A stretch of 60,597 nt of DNA from Octopus bimaculoides (GCF_001194135.2 NC_068995.1:43577192-43637788), one strand, 5' to 3'; shown: positions 1-12,527, counted from the stretch's first letter. Translations and numbers: made by a program. The notes: generated by a model from the sequence alone, not told the origin.

Positions 1-33
<33 letters not shown>

Positions 34-111
34 CACATATATGTATATATGCATGCACACACACATACATTATATATATATATGTGTGTGTGTGCGTGTG
101 CGTGTGTGTGC

Positions 112-240
112 GTGTCCCATACCACCGCTTGACACCCGGTGATGGTTTGTTTACTTCCCCATAACTTAGCGGTTCTGCACAAGGAAACGGTAGAATAAGT
201 ACCAGACTTATTCCATCTAATGACTAAAGCAAAGAAGAGA
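112..240 (+). mobile_element. SINE family D, 3' half
   Basis: ACCACCGCTTGACACCCGGTGATGGTTTGTTTACTTCCCCATAACTTAGCGGTTC...TAGAATAAGTACCAG is homologous to the reverse complement of 57250-57430. Confidence 0.6.
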
Positions 241-420
241 GAGTGACACAAATATAGGAAGAGGATACTGATTAAGATAATTCAAACTACTGCCTCGGTC
301 AGCATACCATGCGAAACGATCATAATTGATTAATAAATGTCATACCGTCATTTTCATTTCGGCACACACTGATAGACAGACAGAGACAGACAGAGAGGCA
401 GGCAGGCAGACATACAGACT

Positions 421-462
<42 letters not shown>

Positions 463-520
463 CAAACAGTCAGCCAGCCAGATAGATAGATAGATAGATA
501 GATAGATCGATAGATAGATA
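421..520. repeat. (GATA)n / (GACA)n tetranucleotide microsatellite
   Basis: Direct reading of the sequence. Confidence 0.95.
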
Positions 521-590
521 TCTTTTTATTATAGCCACACAGGGCTAAATACAGAAAATGGACAAATTACAAAGTAGAGCTTTTCTTGGG
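521..590 (-). mobile_element. Probable 3' terminus of the Tx1-like LINE
   Basis: The minus strand ends ...TTTGTCCATTTTCTGTATTTAGCCCTGTGTGGCTATAATAAAAAGA followed directly by (TATC)n. It lies downstream of the ORF2 fragment on the same strand, across the gap. Linkage across the gap is inferred. Confidence 0.55.
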
Positions 591-1211
591 NNNNNNNNNN
601 NNNNNNNNNNNNNNNNNNNNNNNNNNNNNNNNNNNNNNNNNNNNNNNNNNNNNNNNNNNNNNNNNNNNNNNNNNNNNNNNNNNNNNNNNNNNNNNNNNNN
701 NNNNNNNNNNNNNNNNNNNNNNNNNNNNNNNNNNNNNNNNNNNNNNNNNNNNNNNNNNNNNNNNNNNNNNNNNNNNNNNNNNNNNNNNNNNNNNNNNNNN
801 NNNNNNNNNNNNNNNNNNNNNNNNNNNNNNNNNNNNNNNNNNNNNNNNNNNNNNNNNNNNNNNNNNNNNNNNNNNNNNNNNNNNNNNNNNNNNNNNNNNN
901 NNNNNNNNNNNNNNNNNNNNNNNNNNNNNNNNNNNNNNNNNNNNNNNNNNNNNNNNNNNNNNNNNNNNNNNNNNNNNNNNNNNNNNNNNNNNNNNNNNNN
1001 NNNNNNNNNNNNNNNNNNNNNNNNNNNNNNNNNNNNNNNNNNNNNNNNNNNNNNNNNNNNNNNNNNNNNNNNNNNNNNNNNNNNNNNNNNNNNNNNNNNN
1101 NNNNNNNNNNNNNNNNNNNNNNNNNNNNNNNNNNNNNNNNNNNNNNNNNNNNNNNNNNNNNNNNNNNNNNNNNNNNNNNNNNNNNNNNNNNNNNNNNNNN
1201 NNNNNNNNNNN

Positions 1212-1596
1212 CCTCCCCTCCACTAGTCCTCTATAGAACGCATTGGTCGTTTGGAAGTTGCACAAGTTTGATCCCGGAGGGCAGGGCTGTTGTAGAGCTT
1301 GGCGACACTCGCGGTGCCAATCGCTCAGCTTCGGTCTCTTCCTGATCCATGTTTGCAGTTCGGTGAGTGAGACGAGCTGCGGGAAGGCGTGCCTCACAAA
1401 CGGCGCCCACACCTGTTCACCGTCGTCAATGAAGTTCCAGAGATGCCGCAGTCTCAGCGCATGTCTGCGCATCATTAACCACGGCAACCCCAGTCCTCCA
1501 CGTAACGGTTGTTGACAGCAAATGGATCGCCTCACCATCGGAACGCCACCCTTCCACAGAAAGCGGAAAAGTATGCGTTCTAGTTTCGTGATGGTG
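1212..1596 (-). mobile_element. Tx1-like (L1 superfamily) LINE, 5'-truncated ORF2 fragment from the post-RT region
   Basis: The minus strand reads FRFLWKGGVPMVRRSICCQQPLRGGLGLPWLMMRRHALRLRHLWNF. This carries the FLW...GGLGLP signature that follows the RT domain in L1/Tx1 ORF2. The segment is GC-richer than its surroundings, ends at the N-gap on one side and abuts (GATA)n at 1597. Confidence 0.8.
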
Positions 1597-1880
1597 AGAT
1601 AGATAGATAGATAGATAGATTAGATGATTCACTGATTAATTGATTGACAGTCAGACAGACAGACAGACATGTAGATAGATAGGTAGGTAGGTAAGTAGGT
1701 AGGTAGGTAGGTAGGTAGGTAGGAACATAGACAGATAGGTTGATTGATTGATAGGCTGACAGACCGACATACTGACAGACAGACAAACAGGAAAGTAGGT
1801 AGGTAGGAAGGTAGGTAGGTAGGTAGGTAGGTAGGTAGGTAGGTAGGTAGGTAGATACAAAAGATAGAGAGATAGATATT
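1597..1880. repeat. Compound GATA/GATT/GACA/GGTA microsatellite
   Basis: Direct reading. It explains the YLPT-repeat ORFs in the track. Confidence 0.95.
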
Positions 1881-2299
1881 AGTATAAAAATAGATATGAA
1901 AATATACGTGTGTGAGAGCGTACGCATGTGTGTTTGTGTGTATTGCATCTATATAAACAAAATCTAAAGGAAAACGTATATATCTATATATGCACCGAAA
2001 CACGTTCATGAAAATTATTCATTCATATATATTGTCAGATTATGTTATGTACACATAAACACGCACATAAGTACTTGCAAACAAACCCTCACAGAGACAT
2101 ACACCGAATATATACATACATTAACGCCATGTTTGGACGCCACCAAAAGTGATAAAAGTTATATATGTCTGGTCTGAGAAACTTTTGGGGCCGTGATTTT
2201 GCGATCAGGTCTCGATTCTTGCTTGGTTTCGTTTCGATGCATTTTCTATGTGTTTTCAAAATGATCATTGGCACGCTATTGTTTTGTACAGTAAGGATG

Positions 2300-2622
2300 A
2301 GGAGTAAAGATGCCATTCGGTCATAAATGACCATGGGGTTGCACCTAGAAAGTGCCACTCCAAGCTACAAGCTCGAGTAATGTTGTTTACGGAAGCCCAG
2401 GACTCGCCCATGCATACCAGCTTCCCCTCTGCACACCAGCGATATTATCCAAGGAAATGGCATCAGTGGTGTCGCAAATCATGTCTACAGCTGAGTGGAC
2501 AAGACAAATTGAAATAAATAAAGTACTTTGCACAAGAACACAGCAAACAGCCCGGTTCAGGAATCGAACTCACTACCACATGATTGTAAGCCCGACGCTC
2601 TAACCTCTGAGCCGTGCGCCTT
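2300..2622 (-). mobile_element. tRNA-derived SINE family B
   Basis: The minus strand starts AAGGCGCACGGCTCAGAGGTTAGAGCG (A-box-like) and has GAGTTCGATTCC (B box). It is colinear and homologous with 50760-51060. Confidence 0.85.
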
Positions 2623-3039
2623 CTCTCTGTACAGTAATATATGCAACTTATTTTACTTTTTTGGGGTTCTTCATTCTATTTTTAGAACCAGTTATGTTTC
2701 CTGTATTTCTACGTAGCAACGCACATCTGCATGCATATGTCCTTACAAGGATAAATTTGCACGAGGATAAGTAAAGAAGGGTAAAGGGGTTGATTTACGA
2801 AGATATGTAGAAAAAGAAATCGCGAACACTCTCACAAACGCATAATTGTGTTGTCGTGGTATAGCTGACCCACGTGAATGTTTGGTGCTTTGTGTAATTG
2901 ACTCTGAAAATCCAAATACCTCATATATATGCATATATACATAAACGCCCGCATATGCATAAGGTTACGTATGTACGCGCGCGAGTGTGTGTCTGTGTGT
3001 CTGTATGTGAAAGAGAGGGGATGTGTGTGTGCGCGCGCG

Positions 3040-3072
<33 letters not shown>

Positions 3073-3255
3073 TTACACAGCGTTTACTAAGAAACTAAAG
3101 AATCAGAACAATATATTGCTGTGCATGTATAAACATGTATGCGTGTACGTTCAAATATATAAACATACATTTATGTAGATATATACGTACCTACGAACAT
3201 ACATACATGCATACATGTCCATACATGCATACATATGTTCATATTTATGTGAGTG

Positions 3256-3290
<35 letters not shown>

Positions 3291-3989
3291 ATATGTATGT
3301 ATATGGTGTTGTCCCTACAGTACCCCTAATCATTATTATATATGTGTGTGTGTATATTTATATGTGTATGTGTATGTGTGCGTGTGTGTGTGTGCGTACT
3401 CGTGTGTGTGTGACTGTATGCCGCTTGTTAGTGTGAGAGCACGGCGTGTGTGGTGTGACTTGTGTGTGTCTGTACAAATATATATACCTACATAAACTTA
3501 AGGCTATAAATTTTGTCTATGTTTCCGAGATTAGAAATTTACATTGGTTTGAAATATGCAAACATCCTCACCTTTGCTATTCTAGTCACGATATTATTAA
3601 CACCTACCCTCCGGCATTTTTTCGGAGTCTATCGTCTCCCGTTACGTCCATTGACCCAGTAATAAACGCAAAGAATGAAGATTGTTCTATTGCCTGACCC
3701 TGTATTTGGTAAATATAATGAAGCCTATTTTAGTAATAATGGTTTGGTTCTAAATGTTGAGAGCAATAATATACAGATCGAGAAGCACATGATGAGGTGT
3801 AAAACAACTTTAATTTTCATATCAGATAAACATTTGATTTACTGAAAATATTTTCCCCTTCGAGTGGAAGAAAAGAAATGCCTAATATCAAATGAAACCG
3901 GTTTTAAATGAAGAAGTGATAACCGTACCAACCAGCTATACGCCAGATATGACTTTATTTCTCCGTCTTCCCTTCCTTTGGCCTTTCCT

Positions 3990-4130
3990 CTTTTTCTGAA
4001 GAAGAGCTTGGCGCTTTGCGCGAAACGTCCAATCCTCTTTCCTTCCTTTCCTGAGCGCCTGGTAATAGAGTACTTCTACCGCGTTCTCGCGCGATTGTTT
4101 TTTCTTGTTTGTTCTTCTTTGTTTGGATTC
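3990..4130 (+). mobile_element. Penelope-like pseudo-LTR fragment with hammerhead core motifs
   Basis: CTGAAGA (3996-4002) ... CGAAACGTC, then TTTCCTGAGCG. It is similar to the minus strand of 40145-40290 and 16100-16260. Stem I pairing is poor. Confidence 0.55.
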
Positions 4131-4215
4131 ACTTTCACCGTTTCTTTTTCCTGTCTTGTTTTCCGTCCGCCACTAACCTCCACGAAAAAAAATTTAATTT
4201 GCGTTCGTGGGAAGA

Positions 4216-4310
4216 ACCATTTTAACGATGCGTACTGCCTTAATTCTTCGAAACGCCGGTGTTTTAACGGTGGCAGCTGATGAAGGAGATGTTTCTATGT
4301 GGCCTGCTTG
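4216..4310 (+). mobile_element. Dispersed repeat with degenerate hammerhead-like motifs (probable PLE terminus)
   Basis: TTAACGA...TTCGAAACG...CTGATGAAGG...ATGTGGCCTG. The same motif order occurs at 48120-48230. Confidence 0.5.
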
Positions 4311-4474
4311 TTTGTTGTACCTTGTTTATCATTTTGTCCATGTTCTTTTGCCACGTCATGAACCCAGTTATGTATCTATATGTACATGTAGATGAAAGTA
4401 TGTACATACTTGTACATATATACATACATGCATATATATGTACATGTACATATATATGCATATACTCATATATT

Positions 4475-4552
<78 letters not shown>

Positions 4553-4894
4553 TCACACGCGTAATGTGAAAAACTGAACGCATGCGCGCCTCTTTCTATC
4601 ATTGCACACTTCTGTTATATAAAAAGTACGTTTCTGAATGACTTGAAAATATATATGAGCAATATACTTGAGTGTGTGTATATTTGTTTAGGATATAAAA
4701 ATGTGTGCTCCTGTGTGTGTGCTTCATATGTTCTATTTGCGTCCGTGTATACGTATATGTGTTAATATGTGTGCGTGCATGTTTGTGAGGTGTACGTGGG
4801 TTTTGTGTACATGTGAGTGTAATCGTATCTGCTGCAAATCAAATGCACTAAATATGCATGTATATATATACATATATATGTAGGCATGTACATG

Positions 4895-4946
<52 letters not shown>

Positions 4947-4959
4947 ATATATGTGTATA

Positions 4960-5003
<44 letters not shown>

Positions 5004-6071
5004 GCAGAGAAAAGATGGAATTCACGAGAAACACTACGATCGTTTCGACTCGTCCTTCATCGCGAGTGAGATTCTGGGCAATTGGTTGTGCTTCATCATT
5101 GGGTGTTACTGTGTCACGTCAGGAGCCTTTTCTAAAGGTACTTGGGTGGTTTATTGACCGATTATTCAATTAATACGTGTATATTGCCTGTGTCCTTATT
5201 TTTCGAGCCTAATATATACTATGACATATTCGTGCATAACAAACATCAGTCGATGAAAGACTATGCGTGTTTGAATATGGCAATATAACCTAGGGGAGAT
5301 GCAAATAGATGCATGAATATTCGTATGTATAATTAAAATAAACATACGGGTATATTGATCTATATATGTATTTTTGTGTATATATGCTTATGGGGTTATA
5401 TGTATGCAAATGTATACATCGGGACTTATATAAAGAGGTTAATGGGTGCGTGTTTATGTGCACGTGCGAGTGGGTGCGCAGACGATGATATGTGTCCGCA
5501 TGTGTGTATCTGTCTGTGCGTAAATATATTCAGACTGAGGTCATGCGTATGAATACATATCTGTGTGGATGGTAGCTGAGGTACGGATGCACACAATCGT
5601 ATTTCAAATTTCAATATACATAATAATGTGTATATGTATCTGGTGAGTATACTCATGGGCGTGTATGTATGTGAGCCTATATCTTTGTTGATAAAATTGT
5701 GTTAATGTTTGCGTGTGTGTGTGTGTGTGAGTATATGAGTATATGAGTGCGTGCGATTGACTGAGTGGATGATGGCATGTTCCCTAGGTGGGTGTCCACA
5801 TGTACATAGTGAAAGACTGGGTTTCTGTATATCAAAACATATCTGTCATTGTCGGAATTTGTGTATGTGTGTGTGTGTGCGTATGTGTTCGTGTGTACAA
5901 CGGAGTTGACTGAACAGCTTGGTTTCTGTGATCTGCAGGTGAGGAGGGGTGAACATGTTTCCGTGCGTATATATATATATATATATATATATATNNNNNN
6001 NNNNNNNNNNNNNNNNNNNNNNNNNNNNNNNNNNNNNNNNNNNNNNNNNNNNNNNNNNNNNNNNNNNNNNN

Positions 6072-6113
<42 letters not shown>

Positions 6114-6445
6114 GCGTATATACACATTTATGTGTGTATTTATCTTTACTCATAAAACAATATAGTCGCCAAATGTCTACTTAAACGCTCTGTTGCGTCC
6201 TTGTATTTTGTCTCCGTATCATACTTGGTTGTCTTATAATCTTATAACATCATTTAATAATTTACCTTTGTCAACGCAAGCATAGTACCTGCTCACTGTA
6301 TATTTATCTTTTACTTTTTTTTGGATGTACATATTTTATTTCTAATTAATTATAAATAGATTGATGTCATACAAAAAGAACTGCATTCTATTCCAAGTCA
6401 TTATAAACCATGATATCGCCTGTACGCAACCAGCTACATGCAAAT

Positions 6446-6760
6446 AAGGAAATGTATCACAAAGTTCCCAGACTATTTATGTTTAATAGAAAATAACTTA
6501 TCTACCTAAATTTTAATATCATCTCCATCGAAATAGTCACCTTCCGCAGCAGTACACCGGTCCCAGCATTCCTGTCATTTCTGGAATCCGGCCTGGAAGT
6601 TACCCTCCATAAGCGAGTCGAAGACCTTCTGCGATTCGCTTTTGATATCGACAGCAGTGTTAAAACGGCGACCTCAGAGCTGCATTTTCATCTTGAGGAA
6701 GAGATGGAAGTCCGTAAGTGCTAGATCTGGCAAATAAGGCGGATGCAGAAGTGATAACAA
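6446..6760 (-). mobile_element. mariner transposon relic (3' end, transposase C-terminus)
   Basis: The minus strand 6745 to 6506 translates HPPYLPDLALTDFHLFLKMKMQL*GRRFNTAVDIKSESQKVFDSLMEGNFQAGFQK*QECWDRCTAAEGDYFDGDD. This matches the mariner HPPYSPDLAPxD(F/Y) motif and has two in-frame stops. A TIR-like end lies near 6446-6475 and is homologous to 9145-9175. Confidence 0.9.
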
Positions 6761-7689
6761 TATTCAAAAATCTGTAAAATCTTTCAAATGCAGGGCTCAA
6801 CATATTCATTTCAATATCTAATTGTTTATTATCATTAGCCAAAAAAAGAAAGTGTCTATGTAACCGATTAACCTTCACAAAATTGCAATGAACGTACTTT
6901 AAATCATGTTCCTACTACATTTAAAAGTAATACGTTGGATAGCGCGTACATGCGTTCCCAGCTCGTTGTAATAGCACAAAATGATCATACCTGAGATTGC
7001 TATACATAATCAAATGTAACTCCAAATTAATTAATAAGCGTAATGAATCTCCAATCAAAAGCCTCAAATACTTAGCATACTTGGCTACAAATAGATAAAT
7101 TCAACACTTAACATAATTATTGTTTATACTTTGTATTAACCAATCCACGAGCTGTTATAATAAGATTCCTCTGCTAACTAACCTGGATTTGAATTAATTA
7201 GCTTGATACTTAAATCGTATTTTAACGATTCTCTCTGCTCTCTTTTAATCTAACCTCTAAAGAATGTTATAATCACTCCTTTCCTAACTACTTCCAAATA
7301 TAATCTGCCCTTCTTGTTGAGATTCTAAAATTATCGCAACTAACGTAATTCGACTTAATCCCTTATGTTTGAGCAAGGTCTTATTTAATGCAATCCAGTC
7401 TAGGGATTGTTAGCATGAAATTCTCAAATATTTTAATGAAACAGTTTGTTACCTCACCTCTTCTACTGAATGTTGAATAGCCCTCAGCTAAACTAGATAT
7501 TTAAATTCCTTCTTCTCATTAAGCTAGTTAATATCGACATTAAATAACCTTTGCTATTTACCTTTCCAAAATGTCTTTCTCACAGACTTCACTTCAACAA
7601 CATTTGCAAGCATCAATACCTCCAAGAAATATGAACTCGCCATAGGGAATAATGAATAGTTATTTCTACTATACGCACGCTTCTTGACA

Positions 7690-7805
7690 TTTTGGGAGAT
7701 GGAGCTAGTTGATTACACCGAACTCAGTTTTTAACTGGTATTTATTTCATCTAGTCCAAAAGGATAAAAAGCAAAATCGATCTGGGCAGAGTTTGAATTT
7801 AGAAG
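7690..7805 (-). mobile_element. SINE family A, partial
   Basis: Degenerate match to the family A central and B-box region (GATTACACCG...AACTGGTATTTATT...AGGATAAAAAGCAAAATCGATCT...GTTTGAATTTAGAA). Confidence 0.6.
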
Positions 7806-7864
7806 GTAACGACGGACGAAATGCCAGGTGTGGTAATGATGCTGCCTATCCGCTGCTTCTCGCT

Positions 7865-8116
7865 GTTTTCAAATTTTGGCACAAAGCCTTATTTGCATGT
7901 CGCTGGTTGCGTACAGGCGATATCATGGTTTATAATGACTTGGAATAGAATCGATTACAACGACTACAGTGTTCAATTGGTACTTATTTTATCGATTCCG
8001 AAATCATGAAAGACATAGTTGACACACGTGAAATTTGAACTCAGAACGTGTGGACGGCCGAAATGACGCAAAACATTGTGCCCGGCATGATCACGATTCT
8101 GCCAGCTCGTCGCCTT
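7865..8116 (-). mobile_element. tRNA-headed SINE family A (GGCACAAGG-type tail) containing a 65 bp foreign insert
   Basis: The minus strand begins AAGGCGACGAGCTGGCAGAATCG and has the B box GAGTTCAAATTT. It is colinear with 31581-31789 and 13001-13234. Confidence 0.9.
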
Positions 8117-8393
8117 AATAGGGGTTAAAAAACAATAAGGGAAAATCTGACATGTCTATTATGAGTTACACCTTTCCGCTAATTCTGCATTTATCTGTCT
8201 TCCAAAAATAGCATATCGTTACGCTCTGAGGTGAAAGGTTCGTGAAATGACTGTTTCGGAAATTGGTTTATCAATTGATCAATTAAATTGATTAATTAAG
8301 GTTGCAAACTAAGTGTTACTTATCGTTTCATATGTTGGGAGGGACAAACAGAGACACACAAACATATACACACATACATATCTATACATACAT

Positions 8394-8559
8394 ATATACG
8401 ACGGGCTTCTTTCAGTTTCCCTCTAACAAATCCACTCACAAGGCTTTGGTCGGCCCGAGGCAATAGTAGAAGAAACTTGCCCAAGGTGCCACGCAGTGAG
8501 AATGAACCCGGAACCATGTGGCAGGTAAGCAAAATACTTACAACGCAGCCACTCCTGCG

Positions 8560-8563
<4 letters not shown>
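8394..8563 (-). mobile_element. tRNA-derived SINE family D, 5' half
   Basis: The minus strand reads TAGGCGCAGGAGTGGCTGCGTTGTAAG...GGTTCCGGGTTCATTCTCACTGCGTGGCACCTTGGGCAAG...GAAACTGAAAGAAGCCCGTCG. It has A/B-box-like motifs and a CORE-like ACCTTGGGCAAG segment. Confidence 0.8.
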
Positions 8564-8592
<29 letters not shown>

Positions 8593-9106
8593 NNNNNNNN
8601 NNNNNNNNNNNNNNNNNNNNNNNNNNNNNNNNNNNNNNNNNNNNNNNNNNNNNNNNNNNNNNNNNNNNNNNNNNNNNNNNNNNNNNNNNNNNNNNNNNNN
8701 NNNNNNNNNNNNNNNNNNNNNNNNNNNNNNNNNNNNNNNNNNNNNNNNNNNNNNNNNNNNNNNNNNNNNNNNNNNNNNNNNNNNNNNNNNNNNNNNNNNN
8801 NNNNNNNNNNNNNNNNNNNNNNNNNNNNNNNNNNNNNNNNNNNNNNNNNNNNNNNNNNNNNNNNNNNNNNNNNNNNNNNNNNNNNNNNNNNNNNNNNNNN
8901 NNNNNNNNNNNNNNNNNNNNNNNNNNNNNNNNNNNNNNNNNNNNNNNNNNNNNNNNNNNNNNNNNNNNNNNNNNNNNNNNNNNNNNNNNNNNNNNNNNNN
9001 NNNNNNNNNNNNNNNNNNNNNNNNNNNNNNNNNNNNNNNNNNNNNNNNNNNNNNNNNNNNNNNNNNNNNNNNATATATATATACTTACAACACAGCCACT
9101 CCTGCG

Positions 9107-9144
<38 letters not shown>

Positions 9145-9145
<1 letters not shown>

Positions 9146-9988
9146 GAAGTGGTATCATAATGTTCCCGGGACTAGTTATGTTTAATTAAAATTAACTTAT
9201 TTACCTAACTTTTAACATCATCTCCATCGAAATTGTCACCTCACAAAGCAATATACCGATTCCAGTGTTCCGCTTTTGGAATTCGGTCTGGAAATCGTTT
9301 TCCGGAAGCGAATCTGCGATATGCTCTTGATCTCAACAACGGTATTAGAACGGCGACCTTTGAGCTGCACTTTAAATCTAAAGGAAGAGATGAAACTCTA
9401 TAGGTGCTAAATCTGGCGAATAGGGCGGATGTGGGAGCGATACCTAGTTGTTTTGAGCGAGAAGCATACAAGCGAGAACTCGGTGACAGTGTGCAATGTC
9501 GGCGTGAAGAATCCAATTCTATGCGCTCCACAGATCTGGTCTCTTTCACCGAATATCTTCCTTTAAACGCTTCTGAAGCATCGTTGATTTTCCTCCGACG
9601 ATCTTCATGCAAAAGATATTGAATTTTCTACACATTTCTGAGGGTGACACTCATGGCAGGTCTTCCAGGTGGCTCATTATCTTCCAGAGATGTTCTTCCG
9701 CTTTTAAAGCACCCGTACCACACGAAGCAATGTGTACATCGCCGTAAGCTTGCTGCAGCATGTTAAGTATGAGTATAGTAGACTTTCTAAGTTTAAAGAA
9801 AACTTTCATTTTGGCTCTTTGTTCCAACCTCCTGCCCGTGATAAAAATCGTAGACTACAACATACACGTGATCACAAAAACACAAATTTCAAAGGCCGCT
9901 ACTAACTCTCGCTGCGCACGCATCCATGTGTGCTGCACTCTGTTGACGGACTACAGAACCAATCAGGAAACGTTTTGACCCAGCCTCG
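9145..9988 (-). mobile_element. Internally deleted mariner element with degenerate TIRs
   Basis: Minus-strand pieces read LEQRAKMKVFFKLRKS...MLQQAYGD, KSGRTSLEDNEPPGRP...LHEDRRR and HPPYSPDLAP. The catalytic core between them is largely missing. The ends CGAAGTGGTATCATAATGTTCCC (9145) and the reverse complement of the 9965-9988 end are imperfect inverted repeats. It sits in TA-rich flanks. Confidence 0.85.
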
Positions 9989-12527
9989 TGTATATATACT
10001 ATTCTTATAGAAGAATGTTGTTGACTAGTGACTTCGAAGTTTTGGTCAGTTAGACAATCGTTGGACAGCAATCAAACGGTTGCTTAGCTGGCGAAGACTT
10101 CGAGATCACTGTGAACAACAATGTTGAATAAAAAAATAAATTTGTATTCCACAAAAAACATAGAGTAACTCATCAGATTAATATAAGATTATTTCTTTTT
10201 TTTTTTTTAATTCGGAACATATAAACAAATATATATATATATATGTACCCAGATACACATCTATATATACATGTAGATGTAGGTATGTACATACATGTAC
10301 GTATATATGCATACACTCACATATTATTTGTATTATATANNNNNNNNNNNNNNNNNNNNNNNNNNNNNNNNNNNNNNNNNNNNNNNNNNNNNNNNNNNNN
10401 NNNNNNNNNNNNNNNNNNNNNNNNNNNNNNNNNNNNNNNNNNNNNNNNNNNNNNNNNNNNNNNNNNNNNNNNNNNNNNNNNNNNNNNNNNNNNNNNNNNN
10501 NNNNNNNNNNNNNNNNNNNNNNNNNNNNNNNNNNNNNNNNNNNNNNNNNNNNNNNNNNNNNNNNNNNNNNNNNNNNNNNNNNNNNNNNNNNNNNNNNNNN
10601 NNNNNNNNNNNNNNNNNNNNNNNNNNNNNNNNNNNNNNNNNNNNNNNNNNNNNNNNNNNNNNNNNNNNNNNNNNNNNNNNNNNNNNNNNNNNNNNNNNNN
10701 NNNNNNNNNNNNNNNNNNNNNNNNNNNNNNNNNNNNNNNNNNNNNNNNNNNNNNNNNNNNNNNNNNNNNNNNNNNNNNNNNNNNNNNNNNNNNNNNNNNN
10801 NNNNNNNNNNNNNNNNNNNNNNNNNNNNNNNNNNNNNNNNNNNNNNNNNNNNNNNNNNNNNNNNNNNNNNNNNNNNNNNNNNNNNNNNNNNNNNNNNNNN
10901 NNNNNNNNNNNNNNNNNNNNNNNNNNNNNNNNNNNNNNNNNNNNNNNNNNNNNNNNNNNNNNNNNNNNNNNNNNNNNNNNNNNNNNNNNNNNNNNNNNNN
11001 NNNNNNNNNNNNNNNNNNNNNNNNNNNNNNNNNNNNNNNNNNNNNNNNNNNNNNNNNNNNNNNNNNNNNNNNNNNNNNNNNNNNNNNNNNNNNNNNNNNN
11101 NNNNNNNNNNNNNNNNNNNNNNNNNNNNNNNNNNNNNNNNNNNNNNNNNNNNNNNNNNNNNNNNNNNNNNNNNNNNNNNNNNNNNNNNNNNNNNNNNNNN
11201 NNNNNNNNNNNNNNNNNNNNNNNNNNNNNNNNNNNNNNNNNNNNNNNNNNNNNNNNNNNNNNNNNNNNNNNNNNNNNNNNNNNNNNNNNNNNNNNNNNNN
11301 NNNNNNNNATATATTTGTCCACATACAAATACATGTACTATATATAAATACACGTATATAGATAAGTTGCTGCTGAACATCAACATCAGTTATTGATGGC
11401 AATCGCAGAAATGTTTTCAGCTTCTGCACAACGCTCATTTTCTTGACCAGATTTTTCACTACCATAACTATTATCGTAGCTAAACGAAATTTTCTACTTG
11501 GATTTTCCATTATTTGTAATGTATTTGCATTATACAACAGTAATGTGAAAATCCTTATATTTCATTTGCCAAAAGGTTATTACGTGACCTCAATTTTAGT
11601 TTTAACTTATAGTTATCACAAGCTGTAAGACATTAATTCACAGGTCTGAATATTGAGATCTCAATGTTTTCTCTTGGTTCTGTATTTGATATGAATAGCA
11701 TCACGGAAATTCTGAATTGAACGATGTGTGCCACTGATATGAATCTAACGCAGAATAATTTTGGTGAAGCAGCACAGCTCAGTCTGACTCCCTTTGTGTG
11801 TTCCAAAGTATCTGACAAGTCCGTGTCATTCATCAAATATTATTACTATGATGTCATGACATTTCTTCACAATAGCTATGAAAATTTTCCAAATCCTTCT
11901 TTGTTTAACTTTTCCTTTTAGTAAGATAACAATCTAAAAGATACGTGTTCCTATGCTTTAGTAACGAAGCTCTATATTCAAGTTATGTTTTAAGTCAAAC
12001 TGTATCGTTATATCATTTAATTTGCCTGATAAGGAGATGCCTGTAACATATACAGTTTCTGTGAGCAACAATTTAATACTGAGCGCTTGGTGAGGATTAA
12101 TAGAAATCAAAAGGCAACAACATGCAGCTGCATTCGTTTCTGCTAAAAGCTCTTTATTACATTCTACATTGTAGGAAACAAATAAATATGTGAAAAGTAG
12201 AAGGAGGCCAACATTAGTCATTTTTATAGATTAGGTCAAGGGTTGAAAACAAAAGAACAGCAGGAGCAAGAAGAGTACAATCGTCAATTAAAATACGTGA
12301 AGCGGGGTGTAACATATCTCCCGTACTGTCTATTATACCAATTAAGATATAAGATAGAAGTGGATTCTGAGAAAGTATTCTGCGTCCTGCTGTGGCGAAT
12401 CATTGCTCAGTTACTGATTGGAGATTGAGGAATCATATAATTTTAGTAATAGATTAGAAACTGAAATAAGGTGGATGGCATATTTAAAATCTCAATGATC
12501 AAGAATAACAATGACCTTCGTTATTAT

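Noticed and set aside
2560-2622. tRNA genes at SINE heads (also 8500-8563 and 51250-51300)
   Set aside because: The A/B boxes continue into multi-copy SINE bodies, and no full cloverleaf or acceptor stem is evident.
6385-7951. A 1.57 kb MITE with 65 bp TIRs
   Set aside because: The right arm has SINE sequence on both sides while the left arm has none, and there is no target-site duplication. This fits a templated insertion better.
11370-11540. Possible host exon on the minus strand
   Set aside because: There are short open frames in two phases, but no recognisable protein family and only a weak acceptor. I cannot support it.
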